DNA from: a virus
Taxonomy: Duplodnaviria > Caudoviricetes
DNA length: 64,000 bases
Direction: 5' to 3' (one strand)
IMG/VR virus record: IMGVR_UViG_3300031992_004562
Coordinates: 1 to 64,000 of that record
Each line of letters begins with the position of its first letter. The first letter of the stretch is position 1. Under the pieces are notes generated by a model. It had not been told where the DNA came from. It saw only the letters and a program-made list of their open reading frames with translations, and ran no database searches. The translations under genes were made by a program, and so were the position numbers. Below, piece by piece: positions 22,424-36,195 of the stretch.

Positions 22424-25400
22424 TATTTTACATTATATGGTGATTTTAATTTTTCAGGATTTGATGAAAGATTAAATAATCTTCTATTAAATTCATATTT
22501 TTCTTTAAATTCTGTTAAATTGTTAATATGGTCAGTATCTGTACCAATTGATGGTCTACGAAGCATAAATGCATTTATTCCTTTAGTTTCATAATTATAT
22601 GCTATACGTGGTTCTATATCATATAATAATGTATAAGGAATCATGTTAGTACCATATGATGAATCTGTTAAATCTGTTAATGCATTATAATAATCTTTAT
22701 ATGCGCTAGTATCATCAGTTAATTCACCATTTGTGGATGTATTATTATTTAAGAAATTATCAAATGCAGAAACAATTCTATATGGAATAATACCTTGTTT
22801 ATCATAATATGGGAATTCCCAATTAATATCATATAAGAATCCTCTAAAGTATTCACCATTATTTGGTTCATCTTGTTTCATTGGCTCAATATTAACTTCA
22901 TTAATTCCAGAATACATATTAATATATTCATTATTTAATGATTTTACTTCACTAACGCTTAAAAATTTATTATTAATTTCAATATCTTTAGCATTTGATT
23001 CTAATATTTGTGTGTATCCATTTCCATATAAACTTAATACACCTGTATATGTATTATCATTCTTTTGATATTTTTCTGCATACCAATCATTCCATTTATC
23101 CATAGAATTAATTAATAAATCATCACGCAATTCAATTGATTGATCATCATATGCAAATACTGGAAGATTATTAATTTTCTAATCATATTTAGTACGAGAA
23201 TATTCTGTATCATTATAATAGAATGTGTATTTACCGTTTCTTATTCTTGGCTGCATTAAAGTTGAATGATATACTATACCTAAATATTTGTTGCCTTCTA
23301 TAAAATCTAATACATTATGTATATATAATTGATCATTTATTTTTGTTGATTTATTACCACTAATGTCAGTTTTCTTAATTAAATCATATAATGAAGTTGG
23401 TTTAACATTTATATTTTTAACGTTATCCTAAATATATGATTTTTTAACTAATAGATTTTTAAAATCATAATATATATTATCACGTATTGCAGATGCATCA
23501 AATACATATTCATTTGTAGAATATAAATTTGAATTAAAGAATTTAAGTTCTTTAGTTATCTATTCTGTAATGCCATATTTATAAATATCACCATATATAT
23601 TAGTGTATGAAGATTCTACATCTTCAGGAGTTATGGTATATGATAATGGATTGAATGTGACATCTATAGAATCTGATATGTATTTATATTTTAATTTTAC
23701 TATATTAGATTCATTTGCATATGATTTTGTATCAATATTGCATAAATATGTTGATTGCGCGGTTTCACTAATAGATTCTGGAACAAGTGTATAGAAGAAT
23801 TTATCAGAATTAGCAACATTAATTTTTATGTTTTTAACATAGAATCTATAATACATATTAGCAATGATAGGATTGCCAAATTCTGTTGTTAATTTTAATC
23901 GTATTTTGTCCTAATCATTTTTAATTTTAATATCTGTCAAATTAATATAGACATCATTCTATAGGCCTGAATTAATATTTTTTGATGTTCTCATTACATT
24001 AATGAAATCCCAATCAAATATTATATATTTTCCATTACTTTTAGTTGGATTGGATTCATCTGGTATTTGGCCAAATTCATCGATAATCGTAGGATTATAT
24101 GATCTATCTTCATTATCATATAATTTAGAATTTACATCTATTGATATATTGTCATTTGTTAATGATGACTCAACGACATCTATGTTAAATTTTACATAAT
24201 TATTTAACTTTCTAATTTTTCTAAAATCATCATTTATTTCATATATTCCTCTAAATGTTCTTCTATCTGTTAATCTTTGAATGACATAATTATTTTGCCA
24301 ATCCAAATCATATTGTAAATTATGTATAGTTAAATCTAATGAAACATCTCTAACATTTGCAAATTTGCCCCAGCATTTTTTAAAGTCTGAAATATCAATA
24401 TCTAAATATGTTACAAATTGATTTGGCAAAACATTATTTTCAATTGAGTTAAATGTCTAAAGATCTGTGATATTTGAATGTGCATTTAATTCTATTTTTG
24501 GAATATCACGTGTATCTTCAAATCCTGGTTGAACAATATTAAAGTTTTCATAATAATATTCATCACTATCTTTAAACTTATATTTTACTGTTACCAAAAT
24601 TGAGCGCTATTTTGTAGATTCTACAATATATCCATTTTTTAAATTTGCAAATAGTGGTGATTCAATATCCTCAGAATTTGATGAGCCTTTTAATATATAC
24701 TCATCCATTGTTGTTGCAGCACTTGGATCACCTATAAATATTGGCAAGTTTGTAGAAAGATCTAATGTATATGAATTAATATTGTAAGGATATTTAACAA
24801 TATGCGACCAATCATTTACATATAAGTGTGCAATTCTTGACCTTACTGATATAGGTGTGCGATGATTAAACATAACTGAATCAATTTCTATATTATCATC
24901 ATTTGGATATATGTTTATTGATGCATTATTACATGCTTCAGCAGTGATATTTGAAACACTAAAAATAATATTTCCAGATAATTTTTCTCTTGTTATTTTT
25001 TGATCATCACCAATAATATCAATTTTAAATGATGTTATCTATTGTCTCTTTGAATTGATATAATCATTCAATGAATCATTAGACAAATTAGAAGATTCAG
25101 TAGAGAATTTTCCAATTGCACTATCATATCCAGTTGGCAATTTCATTTTTTTGATTTTATTTAAATATTTAAAATTTGAATATGTAATAGATAATTTAGA
25201 CAATTTACTATAATATTTTAGGCCTGTACCATATGATGCAAACATCTAAATATAATAAACATTATTATTAACATTTGGAACAATTTTTACAACTAATTCT
25301 TTTTCAGTTGATGCAATTGTATCTATTTTTTCCATATCTTTATTATATATGTCACATCCATAGAAATAATCATCTAATTTATCAACATTATAAAAATAAT

Positions 25401-27381
25401 CTTCTGCACTTATAGTCTATATAAATGCTGATGAGTACATACTATTATTATCATAATATAAATCAATATCCAATAAAGGCTTAATAAAATTATTTTCATA
25501 TAAAATAATATTTGAATCATACACCAATTTATTTAATTCAACATTTGTCAAAGAAGTTAAATTTGTAGTATTAACATATAAATTATTCATTTTTAATTGA
25601 ATTTCTGGATAACTTCTTGTCTCAGGCTTAGTCTAATTTATGTTAAATGCAAATTTATTATCTTCAATTTTCACATAAGCTTTTTTAGCAGACTTTCCAG
25701 GTACATTCATCATTCCAAATGATACATTTGAACATAACATTAATGGTGATTTTGTGTATTCATCTGCAATTGAAATAAAAGATCTATTTGATAATTTTTT
25801 CAAATCATTACAATATACGCTAATATCATTATCATATAATACTGCAACATTGTAAAAACTACATAAACGGTTATTTAAAATTTCATTAAATATTTTAGTA
25901 TCTAATGGGTCTTGCATTATAGCTGCAGCCTATAATTTATCAGGTGTACAATTTAATAAATCTTCTGTTATGACAACCATATATTCTATATTATTAGTAT
26001 TAGCAAATTGATATGTATCTGTATAAAAATATAATACGTCACCAACTTTATACTTACTACTTAATGTAAATGGAATAAAAATTTCAGTATCGTCTTTATT
26101 TAATGAATAATATATACGTGATTGGTCGTTTGATACAACTACTTCTGCACGGTTAGAATAATATTGGTCAGGTTGATTATAATAATTATTAAATTCAGAA
26201 ATTTTTGATGTAGATGAATTATTTATAGTTGTATAATTATCATTTTCTCTGTTAAATACAATGCGTGTTGGCATACCATAGTATGCATTATTATCTGAAT
26301 CTAATAAATCACCTTCTTCAATGATATTTTTACGTGAAGTAATAGGATCATTTTTATTAATTTTTTCTGATGATTTAAATACTGTTTCCCAATGTTGTTT
26401 TGCATTGTCTTTTTCGATGCCTTTTACATTATCTGGTATATATGCATTATATCTATTAAATGCACTTTCACCAACTATTTCACCTTCATAAATCTCTCCA
26501 TCTAATATTGCATTAGAAACATTATAAAAAGGATTTTTAATATCTTCACGTGTATATGTTATAGATGTATCTTTATAATTTATATAATATTGCGAACAAA
26601 CATCATTATCTAAAAATTGACCAGTTTCATATAAATCTCCAATAATAGAACTATTATAATATATTGCATCATCTGTATCATATGGAATTGCTGACCTATT
26701 ATCTCCTGGTGCTTGTTTTGCTATTTTAATAGCAGCATCTGGTGTAAATTCATAATGTGATATTTTATGTTCTATATTATGATACATTGAAGATAATGAA
26801 TTTTCAGATTGATCTAATGGTTTACCAACAGCTAAATCATTATCAAAATTATATTGAGAAACGTCTTTTAAATCACTACTTAGAGATGAAATCATAAATG
26901 ACATTGAAATAAAATCACCATTAATATCTAACTCAACACGCTTTGCATCATTAATTGAACCATCGACATCATTATAATAATCAATCATACTGCTATTTAA
27001 CATTGTAGATGATGATAATCTATTTCCAGTATAATAAAATGTTTTATAATTAATATATGGATTCTCAATATCATTTGATGAATCTTTAACAAATGCATAT
27101 AATGATGCATTATAATACTAATATAATTCAGCCTCTGTTGCCCTCCATGCAGATCTTGCAGTATCTTGAATTAATTTTTTTATATCATCATCAGGCTACC
27201 CATTTTCTAGCATTAATCTCTTAGCAGCATAAACATATGTTTCAACACTTATTAGCTATCCATCAAAGAAATCATTAATGAATCCAAAATATATAGAATT
27301 TCCTCTATCTCCAGTTTGTCCGGTCTAGCCATTAACACCTAAACCTGGAAGACCATGATAATTCTGTTTTAATAACTTCAT
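22423..27381 (-). CDS. very large TAG-recoded protein (about 1,652 aa), probably virion structural
   Basis: Seven ORF-track fragments share one frame; N-terminal collagen-like GLPGLGVNGQTGQTGDRGN; the stop overlaps the next ATG. Not every codon was checked. Confidence 0.8.
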
Positions 27382-27471
27382 ATATTATAAACATTTAATA
27401 TTTTTTTATTTATTTTCAGTATTTATGCAGTCTCATATGAGATGAATAAATAACTTTGATGGTAAAATTTA

Positions 27472-27614
27472 AACTTCTATTTTTTATATTCTATAATATA
27501 TTATATTTTTGTAACGTAAATGATTATGTTGCCAATGAAATCAACAAAAATTTATTAGTTATGAAAAATAATTTAACTTCTATTTTTTGGTTTGATAAAA
27601 AAGATGTATATTTG
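27472..27614 (+). promoter_or_regulatory. tandem early promoters upstream of the sigma factor
   Basis: Two copies of the 40-nt motif at 27472-27511 and 27575-27614. Confidence 0.8.
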
Positions 27615-27725
27615 TATGCAAAAGTGTAGAAATACATTTTTGTGAATATGCTATATGTTTAACTTATTAACAAATTTTTGAATTATGAAAAATAAAAGTT
27701 TGAATACATAAAAACAATTGATTAT

Positions 27726-28571
27726 ATGGATAAAGAAATTTTTGACATGATTAATGAAAACTCAGACCATGTTATCTTAAGTGATCAAGAAATTGATGAA
27801 GAAATTAATGCGCTTCTTAACGTGTCTGACGAAGAGATTCAAGAATCTCTAAACAAAGCTGAAAAGGCTGAAAAGAAAGCTGGGCGAAAAAAGACAGCTA
27901 CTTCTATTCAGGCTGATAAAATCGTTAATGATTTCCTTATGGATCGTAGCGAGCAAAACTGGAAAGCCCTCCAAGAATTTTTTTGGTATGGAATCAAACA
28001 ATACGCAGAAAAATATGTTGGAGAGGGTGATGATGCATATGATATGACTATTGAAACATTTATTAATGCGTATAACAATATTCATACATATGACCCTGAC
28101 AAAGCTAAGTTCTCTACATGGCTTTGGACTATTTGTCGAAATAATTGTTTGGGATTTATTAAACGTAGAGCACGAATTAATATTGTAAATAATGATTTGG
28201 GTGATATCTATGATTCTGAATTGGTTGGAGCTTCATATAAACAAAACAATTCAGAGTTTGAGAATGGAACATATAATAATGGAACATTCGAAACAAACAA
28301 TTTTTCAGATGTTACAAAAACATTGTATGATGTTTCAGTTGCAGAAATGGTTAACATTCCTGGAATTGGAGGCCAAATTCTTCATATGAAATTGGTTGAG
28401 GGAAAGAAAATTCGTGAAATTGCAGTTGAACTTTCAATGAATGAGTCAACTGTAAAAAACTATCTTTATCGTGGTAAAGAGAATCTAAAACGAATTCTTT
28501 CAATCAATCATAAAGATTTGGTTGATACATACAATGATATGAATGAAGCTTTAGAAGCTGGATAGTTATAT
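27726..28571 (+). CDS. sigma-70 family, ECF-like RNA polymerase sigma factor
   Basis: Region 2 (DAYDMTIETF...YDPDKAKFSTWLWTICRN) and region 4 HTH (KIREIAVELSMNESTVKNYLYRGK); terminal TAG-TTA-TAA. Confidence 0.9.
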
Positions 28572-28607
28572 AACTTATTTTATTAATCTTTTAAACTTTT
28601 TAAAACT

Positions 28608-28880
28608 ATGAGACATACCTCTTTTTACAAAGTATCTCACAATCCTAATTATCATTATTTTCTAATTAGTCCGAAGCTAATTGAAAAGGAAAATGTTTTG
28701 AAATTTGTTTATTCCGAAAATGGAAAGACGGTTGAAAAACTTGTACATGTCAAAGAAATTGGCCCACACTTGAAGTTTAGGCGAATGTATAAATGGGATG
28801 AAGACCTAATGGTTAATGTTCCAAATGGATATGTATATTACGTAAATGAAAATGTAGTTTTTGAGGCACCCGCACTTTAA
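28608..28880 (+). CDS. hypothetical protein
   Basis: 90-aa ORF overlapping the terminator gaggcaccc...gggtgcctc-T. Confidence 0.65.
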   Translation: MRHTSFYKVSHNPNYHYFLISPKLIEKENVLKFVYSENGKTVEKLVHVKEIGPHLKFRRMYKWDEDLMVNVPNGYVYYVNENVVFEAPAL

Positions 28881-28952
28881 GGGTGCCTCTTTTTTGCGAT
28901 AAATAAACAAATTATAAAACAATACATAAAATATAAAATTGGGTATAGTTAT

Positions 28953-29474
28953 ATGAAAACTAAATTTGGAAAATAGATTAAATAGTTTTTTGATAATATC
29001 AAACAAATCAAAATTGATAGAGATGTAAGAAAAGCCTTCTTAAACGATATCAAATATGAAATTCAAGATCCTAAATCTGAATTTAATCATTTACATCTTT
29101 CTACAGATGAAAAATATGATTCTATAACAACAATCATTTCTATTCCTGAAAGTTTCTAGTTAGCAGGTTCTGATATTATGAAATATCAAAAACTTCAAGA
29201 ACTTGCTAGGCCTATTAATGCATATATCAATAAGAAATTAAATTATGGTGAATATTTTTTAGCACCAGAATTTTATTATATTGATAATGTTGATGATAAA
29301 AATGAAGATGGTGAAGAAATTCTTGAAGAAGTTTCGTGTTCTTATGTAGCAGAATGGAAATATGCTCCAGTTCTAGATAATTACCCTAATTTTAAATGGG
29401 AATTAACTGGTTTTATTGGGGCAAATACACTGCTGATCGGTGCACTTATAACATTACTAATAATACTTATTTAA
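28953..29474 (+). CDS. membrane-anchored hypothetical protein (TAG-recoded)
   Basis: ATG 28953, 3 TAGs, C-terminal TM helix TLLIGALITLLIILI. Confidence 0.7.
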
Positions 29475-29480
29475 ATTGGT

Positions 29481-29690
29481 ATGAAAGTGTACAGGAATAT
29501 ATATTTTTATGGTTCAAGAATACTTACAAGTGGAAAAGGTTCTATAGATATATAGTATACTGGCAATATTGTTAATAATGCCAAAAATATAAAAGATTTT
29601 GATAAAGAATTTGATAAAGATCAAGATTTGTTAATAACTTGTCATGATTGTGCAAGTAAAAAATATAGAAATATAACTAAAAAGAAGTAA
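29481..29690 (+). CDS. small hypothetical protein (one TAG)
   Basis: 69 aa filling the gap exactly; CHDC motif. Confidence 0.55.
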
Positions 29691-29693
29691 GTT

Positions 29694-30197
29694 ATGACAG
29701 ATTACGAAAAAGATTTTAATCACTGGCAAAATGATCATTCTGTTTATAGTGATTTTACTCCAGAACCTAAACGTTCTGATTATGATGAATATGGCTATAA
29801 ACCAGAGAACGTAGTATATGATGGGAATTTAGTATTAGATAAGTATCTTGTAAATACATATGGTATTGAATATGCTAGAAAAAATCCACGTGAGGTTTTA
29901 CGCAAACATACTAAAACTATAGAAATACAAGAAAATAATAAACTAACTGAAGACGAAGTTTTAAAAATTGCTAAGGCTATTTATAAGAAAACATTAGGTT
30001 ATCAGTTAGATAAAGTTGAAATAACAGAGAATGGCGTTAAACATTATCATTCAGATGAATTTTTAGACAACTACCCAGAAAGAAGACAAAATCCTGAATT
30101 TACTAAAGAGGAAGAATTGGAGGCTCTAAACTGGGTTGCATAGATGGCAAAAACTTGTGATAAATTAGATAATACAATATATAAAGATAAAAAATAA
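29694..30197 (+). CDS. hypothetical protein
   Basis: ORF-track 29694..30143 plus read-through to TAA 30195-30197. Confidence 0.65.
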
Positions 30198-30211
30198 ATC
30201 GATTTATTAAT

Positions 30212-30937
30212 ATGGCAAAAAAGAAAACTAATGAAAAATTTGACGCAACTAATATGTCAGATGCCCAATTGAAAAAGGTTCATGACAAATTCCGTAAGGA
30301 TATGCGTGAGAAATTTGACAAATGGATTAATGTCTTTGATGAAGAAGCAACTCCAGAAGATGTTGCAGAAGCTAAAAAACAATTTGATGAGGAAGTTGCA
30401 AAGTATTCTAATAAAACATATGTTATTATGGAGAAAGATGCTTTATTATATGCAAAACTCCTTCAAAATTGGAATGCAACATTAAACCGTTGGGAAAAAG
30501 GCTCTTGGAAGGGTATGATTATGTTTGATAAAGTTATTTCTGAACTTATTGCAAAATATGAGGCAGATGAAACACTTCCACTTGAAGTTGATTATGCAAC
30601 ATTAATGTATCTTTACCAAACAATGTCAAATCCAGCAGGTGTTGGTCTTGAATCAGCAAGAGCAATGGCAACATTTGAAGGTTTTGATCCAGTAACAGCT
30701 GAAAAGAAAGACGAAGAAAATTATGTGACTTATAGTCATGTTCTTCAAAATATCATGGAAGTTATTCGTAATCTTGTTAATATTGATAAGAAACTTAAAC
30801 TTATGCGTGAACGAATCAATATTGAAACAGCAGGTATCAAGTTTGATTGGAAAATTTCAGAACTTGAAGAATTTATTGAACTTCATGATGCATGGGTTGG
30901 AGAAGCAGTTGCTAATGAACCACTTTCAGAAATGTAA
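30212..30937 (+). CDS. hypothetical protein
   Basis: 241-aa TAG-free ORF, middle-type promoter at 30151, terminator at about 30942-30970. Confidence 0.8.
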   Translation: MAKKKTNEKFDATNMSDAQLKKVHDKFRKDMREKFDKWINVFDEEATPEDVAEAKKQFDEEVAKYSNKTYVIMEKDALLYAKLLQNWNATLNRWEKGSWKGMIMFDKVISELIAKYEADETLPLEVDYATLMYLYQTMSNPAGVGLESARAMATFEGFDPVTAEKKDEENYVTYSHVLQNIMEVIRNLVNIDKKLKLMRERINIETAGIKFDWKISELEEFIELHDAWVGEAVANEPLSEM

Positions 30938-31001
30938 TTTAAAGAGGAACCTAATAAGTTCCTCTTTTTTCTGATATATAAAAATTAAAATTTTAAACTT
31001 T

Positions 31002-31349
31002 ATGACAAACACACCTTTAATGGACAAAAAATGGGCAGATGAAAATGTAAGAAAATGGTCATGCTATACGCATGCTTCAAAAGTTGAAGATCTTTCTTCT
31101 GGAATTTTCTGGGGACGAGATATTCATACATATGAACCTAAATACGGTGATCCAACTTATTGGCATTATGAAAAAGGAGTTGAGGAAAAGATTAAAGATG
31201 ATTACCAATATAAAGTTTGGTATACATATAGTGATGCGGCAGATCCTTGTGATATGACAACATCTTATAATGTATATTATATTGAAGAAATTTCGCCAAT
31301 GAAAACTGCTATGATAGAAGCAGCTCAAGAATTTTTAAGAAATCTATAA
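31002..31349 (+). CDS. hypothetical protein
   Basis: 115-aa ORF. Confidence 0.7.
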   Translation: MTNTPLMDKKWADENVRKWSCYTHASKVEDLSSGIFWGRDIHTYEPKYGDPTYWHYEKGVEEKIKDDYQYKVWYTYSDAADPCDMTTSYNVYYIEEISPMKTAMIEAAQEFLRNL

Positions 31350-31454
31350 AAACTTTAATGTAAAATCAAAATAAAATATTAAAGTAATTCATGTGTTATG
31401 TTATGGATTTGCTTTTTTAAAAATGAGAGGGCTTGAGAAAGTCCTCCATTTGTT

Positions 31455-31799
31455 TTATAAATTAAAAGTGGAAGATTTCATTCTCTTCCACTTTTTTCTT
31501 ATTATATAAAATCCTATTATCATTAGCATTAAGGGCCACGGTGTGTCACCGATTGGATCTAAAAAAGGATCATATGGGTCACGACCAACTTTTCTAATTC
31601 CTGGCTTTCCATTATATTGATTTTGATTATGTTCTTCATAAACTGATGTTGCACCAACTTCTGTTATATGAGGAGTATAATTTACATATGTTATTTGTTT
31701 ATTAACACTTTGAAACTATGCCTATGGAAACTAAACATATTCTATTCCATGCAAATAAATTGAAACAAATAATAATATAATTGTGTATAATCTTTTCAT
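31455..31799 (-). CDS. small secreted protein with PIGD-type C-terminal sorting signal (3 TAGs, 114 aa; absent from ORF track)
   Basis: MKRLYTIILLFVSIYLHG signal peptide ... GKPGIRKVGRDPYDPFLDPIGDTPWPLMLMIIGFYIIRKKWKR. Confidence 0.8.
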
Positions 31800-31806
31800 A
31801 ATAACA

Positions 31807-34800
31807 TTATCTTATTTGATTTCCTAAAACATTATATATATGGTCATGTTTCTTTATATACATGTTATTATTATATATAAATTTTTCAATATTATTAATC
31901 TTCATAAGCATTTCAATATCAGTTGGTGTATCTTTAATTTTGCGTTTTGCTTGAATAATAAAGTTTCCATTAACTTCAACAGTTTCTGATTTCAAATCAT
32001 ACCAATTATTATTATAGTTTGCATATATGTACTCAAACTTATTTACATCAACTTTAGGATCTAAATAAAGTGTTCCTTGAGGTGCTGTAACTTGTACACC
32101 ATGTTCTATTATTGAATCATTAATTGCAGAATATAATAATTTATAACCTCCAATTGATTGATATATTGGGTAACGTGATTCCAAGTCATCTCCTGGTTCA
32201 TATTCATCTGTGAACTTATTTGATATGAACATGCCTGTTTTCCTTTCACCAACTTTGACACGGAGGAATAGTTCCTCATCTTCATCAATTGTTTGTTGAT
32301 GAGCAACTATTCTATTAATTGGATTTGCACCTATTGGTTTAAAAGCTAATCCTTGTATATCATCTTCATTTCCTCCAATTTGTACAAAAAACGCGGTGAA
32401 TGGTAATAATATATAATCATCTAATAATTCTGATGCATAACCGCCAGCAGCTGCTTCATCAGCTGACCATTTTCTCCATGTGATAGGAATAACAGCATAT
32501 CGCAAATTACGTTTTACTGATTCATTATCTAATATCCAATGTCCATTCCATTGTCCAGATAGTGTATCTTTTACCAATTTACCAATACTTATAGGTGTTA
32601 TAATATCAGTTGTATCATTATCAGTAAATGGATTTCCAATTAAATTCCATCCTTTATGATTAGGCGCAAGATTATTATCATTGCAACCCCATGCACGAAG
32701 TCCATGAATTCTTTTTGATGATGATTCTATATTTACAGAATCATTTGGAAATTTAAATTTATATGTTTTCATTTTATCACCATTTAAATCAACACCAAAT
32801 AAGAATCCTTGTCCGGCACTAAATATGCTATCATAATTTACGTCTTCCCAACCATTTTTATGGTTAATTGCTCTAACTTGGCCATTATAATGTCTTATAA
32901 ATACTTCAGAACCAAGTTTAATTAATTTTCCATTATTTTCTTTTATATTTGATACTTTATGATTTGTTGGTAATGTCATCCATCGCCAATCAGTTGCATC
33001 TGTACGTAATTCAAAGAAATAATTTGAATCATTAGATAAAATAATTTTACCATTATTTAATAAGTAAGGCACTATATTATTTTCTCTACGAAGAGTTAAT
33101 GAATTTATTTTATATTTTTTATTTTGTGGAACAATTAAACGAGCACCTGGGTAAACAATTACATTCCTATTTTTTAATGTATCATCTGTATTAACATTTA
33201 ATGAACTACCACTTAAAATAACAACATCACATGAGTCACAAACAGATTTTGATAATATTGGATATCCAGAACCAGATACAATAGAATCGGATTTTATAAA
33301 GATTGGAACTTTATATGTTTCTTCTTTTTCTGTATTATCTGAATATTTTAAAGTGAATTTCAAATCAGTACATGGTAATGAATCTAAATTATATTTTGAT
33401 AAATCAAATACAAATGTATATGAACTATCTGATGTAAGTACACCTGGTGTAGATAAATCAGTTTCATAAATTTGAGTAAATGAACCATAATAATTTCCAT
33501 AATCAAATGATCCTACATAATCAAAATTTTTGCATGTTGATGAATCATGTTTTATTACAGGAACGCCAATCCATTCTATTGGCAATGTTATAAAATCTGT
33601 TGTATTATATTTAATAGCAGTATCACCAGAATGAACAGTTGATTTACGAATAAGTAAACATAAATTTGTACCTATTACGTTACTAAATCCATTTATATTA
33701 TCTGCTTTATCTGTTATCCAACAATCTAAATCAATTGTATGTCCCAATGTGTCTTTTGGATTACTACCAGATGCATTAGTGTTGGATAAACCTGAAACAT
33801 TTATAGATGAACTATTTCCAGCACCTATAATATCAATTAAATTATTATTTTTAAACAATCCTATAGCATCATCTCCATTAAATTGCAAATTACCATTAAC
33901 AACACCACCACTCTATACACGTATGTAATTAGTAAATCCTCCTGTTTTTGAATAATTTGATATACATTCTACAACTTCATCTGTATTTGTGTCACTTGAA
34001 TAAGAATACAAAATAATTTCTTCATTTGAATGAATCCAACCTAATCCACTTAAATTATATGTTCTATCCCATGTTGTTTTTCTATCACCAGCTGCAGCTT
34101 TAATTACATAATTTGATAAACTAATAGAATCACTTGTTCCATTAAATATACCTAATAATTTAATTGTAGTTTCTGCTTCAAAATACTTACTAAAAAACAA
34201 TTCTGTTGCAATATTTTTAACATCATCTAATTTTTTATTCTCTATTGATACCGCAACAACGTCTTTATCATTTATATCTACTTTAATAAATGCAGTATCC
34301 CATACTACAATATCAACTATATTTTCTTCTGGTGTTGGTGGAGTTGGTGGTTCTTCTGAACAATCAGGAAGTGAAATATAGTACGTTGCGGTTTCTCCAT
34401 CTATTCTCTTGTATAATTTTACTAATCCTGAGGTTGGATTTGAATACGGCCTAAAATCAGACCCCCCATCCGCTATTTTCCTAGATGTAGTTCCAACATT
34501 TGTAATTGTTGTTGTCGTTAAAGTCCAAAGATATGAATTGCTAGAGGCAGTCGGCTCGACTGAATTTTTTGAAAAATTTGTACTGCTGTTATATCCAAGA
34601 TAATCTCCATTATTCGGGAACCTAATTGAATATTTATTAGAAGATACTTTTGTTATAGTAAATTCATAGTTTAAATATTCTATGTTACCTGGAGTTAGTG
34701 ATATTCTAGATAAATGATTATTATTATATCCACCATTAGCTGTAAAATTTCCAGTACTTAACAGATATTTTCCAGTCCAATCATCTGGTTCAACAGAAAT

Positions 34801-35502
34801 TGGTTCATATCTAGCAAACCCACTTCCTTCTTTCGTTTTAATATAAACAGGATATAGATCAATATTTCCTGTTGGCAAATAATTTCCAGAAGGGATTATT
34901 ATCGGTTGTGTTGATGTCCATTCTGTATTATTTGTTATGCTCCACCCAATAAATTCGTATCCTTCACATCCGTCTCTTGATGGTAAAATAACATCGCTGG
35001 AATAATCAGTTTGTGTTAATTCAGTGTTATCATCTTTTAATGTGACCGTGTATATACTTTGTATTTGGCTTGTATATGTAATTTCAATGCTTGACCAATA
35101 AGCAGCATTACTGCCGCGAGTTATTTTAAAATAAGTATTATTCCCGTTAACTGATATTGTCTGTGAGCCTGAAAAATTAGTCACATTTGTTGTTGGTTCA
35201 GAAGACGTTCCATAGTAAACTGTAGTAGGCCTTTCCATACCAGTATGTGTTATTTTAATTTGTGTAATTTTACCAGGGAATGCTGTACTATTATATATTA
35301 CACCAGTTGATGCCTTTGCTTGTATATCACTGCCATTTTTCATTAAATTTGAATAGATAAAAGTTACGCCATCTACTGTCTTTTCTGTGTTTGTTGTATA
35401 ACTACCAGTTAAACTTAATGAACTTTGTGTTAATGTAATAGTAGCACCCCACACTCCAATACTCATTAAGAGAAAAGATAAAAATAGAAGAATTTTTTTC
35501 AT
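31807..35502 (-). CDS. type IX secretion cargo-like surface protein with lamin-tail-like domain (1,231 aa, single TAG at 33913-33915)
   Basis: Signal peptide MKKILLFLSFLLMSIGVWG; LTD-like ELFFSKYFEA..KLLGIFNGT..ISLSNY...FNGDDAIGL spans the TAG; GWNLIGNPF; C-terminal TPTDI...KFIYNNNMYIKKHDHIYNVLGNQIR resembles a Bacteroidales T9SS CTD. Confidence 0.8.
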
Positions 35503-35786
35503 ATGTTTTAATTTAATTTACTATATAAACAAAGAGAGAGCCTATATTCTTAACAAATATAGACTCTATAAATATGATATGTAGAATATTTCATTGCTCG
35601 TTCATATTTCTCTTTTATTATTTATTTTTATTCTAAAATTACTCCCAATTTAATAATTTTTTATACTCCATTATTTCTTCTGGAACATATTTCTCAGATA
35701 TCATTTTATTCTTTAATAATTCCATATAAAGATAAAAATCTTTAGGCATATGTTCACCAGTCAATAATTCATGCAGTGCATCCATA

Positions 35787-36020
35787 TCACCAAGATATTT
35801 TTATTCTAGCAACATCACCTTGTCCAGTGACAACAGTGAATCCATTCTCTCTAAGTTTGTCAATAACACCTTTGCTAAATAAATCTCTGTCAACAAAAAT
35901 ATAATTCAGATGTGCCCAATTAGCATCCCAAATCATATTAGATATTGCAAGTTCTTCTTCAGCCCAATCATTAAGATTAGCTAATACAGTTTCTTTTAAG
36001 TCTTCTTTCTTAGGTATCAT
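35787..36020 (-). CDS. hypothetical protein
   Basis: 77-aa ORF in a run of small minus-strand genes. Confidence 0.65.
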   Translation of the reverse strand: MIPKKEDLKETVLANLNDWAEEELAISNMIWDANWAHLNYIFVDRDLFSKGVIDKLRENGFTVVTGQGDVARIKISW

Positions 36021-36195
36021 AATATATCTCTTTATTTAATTATTATATCTCTTGAGTTTTTCCAATCTTCAATTCTTGCTTTTTCAGATTCCTTTATAGC
36101 CTTTTCAATACAATCATCATATTTTGACAATTCTTCTTGACTAATTTCTCCTACAATAGGATAATCTTCTATTTTCTTAAATTCTTCCATAATTT

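Noticed and set aside
9068-27381. Apparent pseudogenes / low coding density
   Set aside because: Fragments are in frame and separated only by TAG; explained by code 15.
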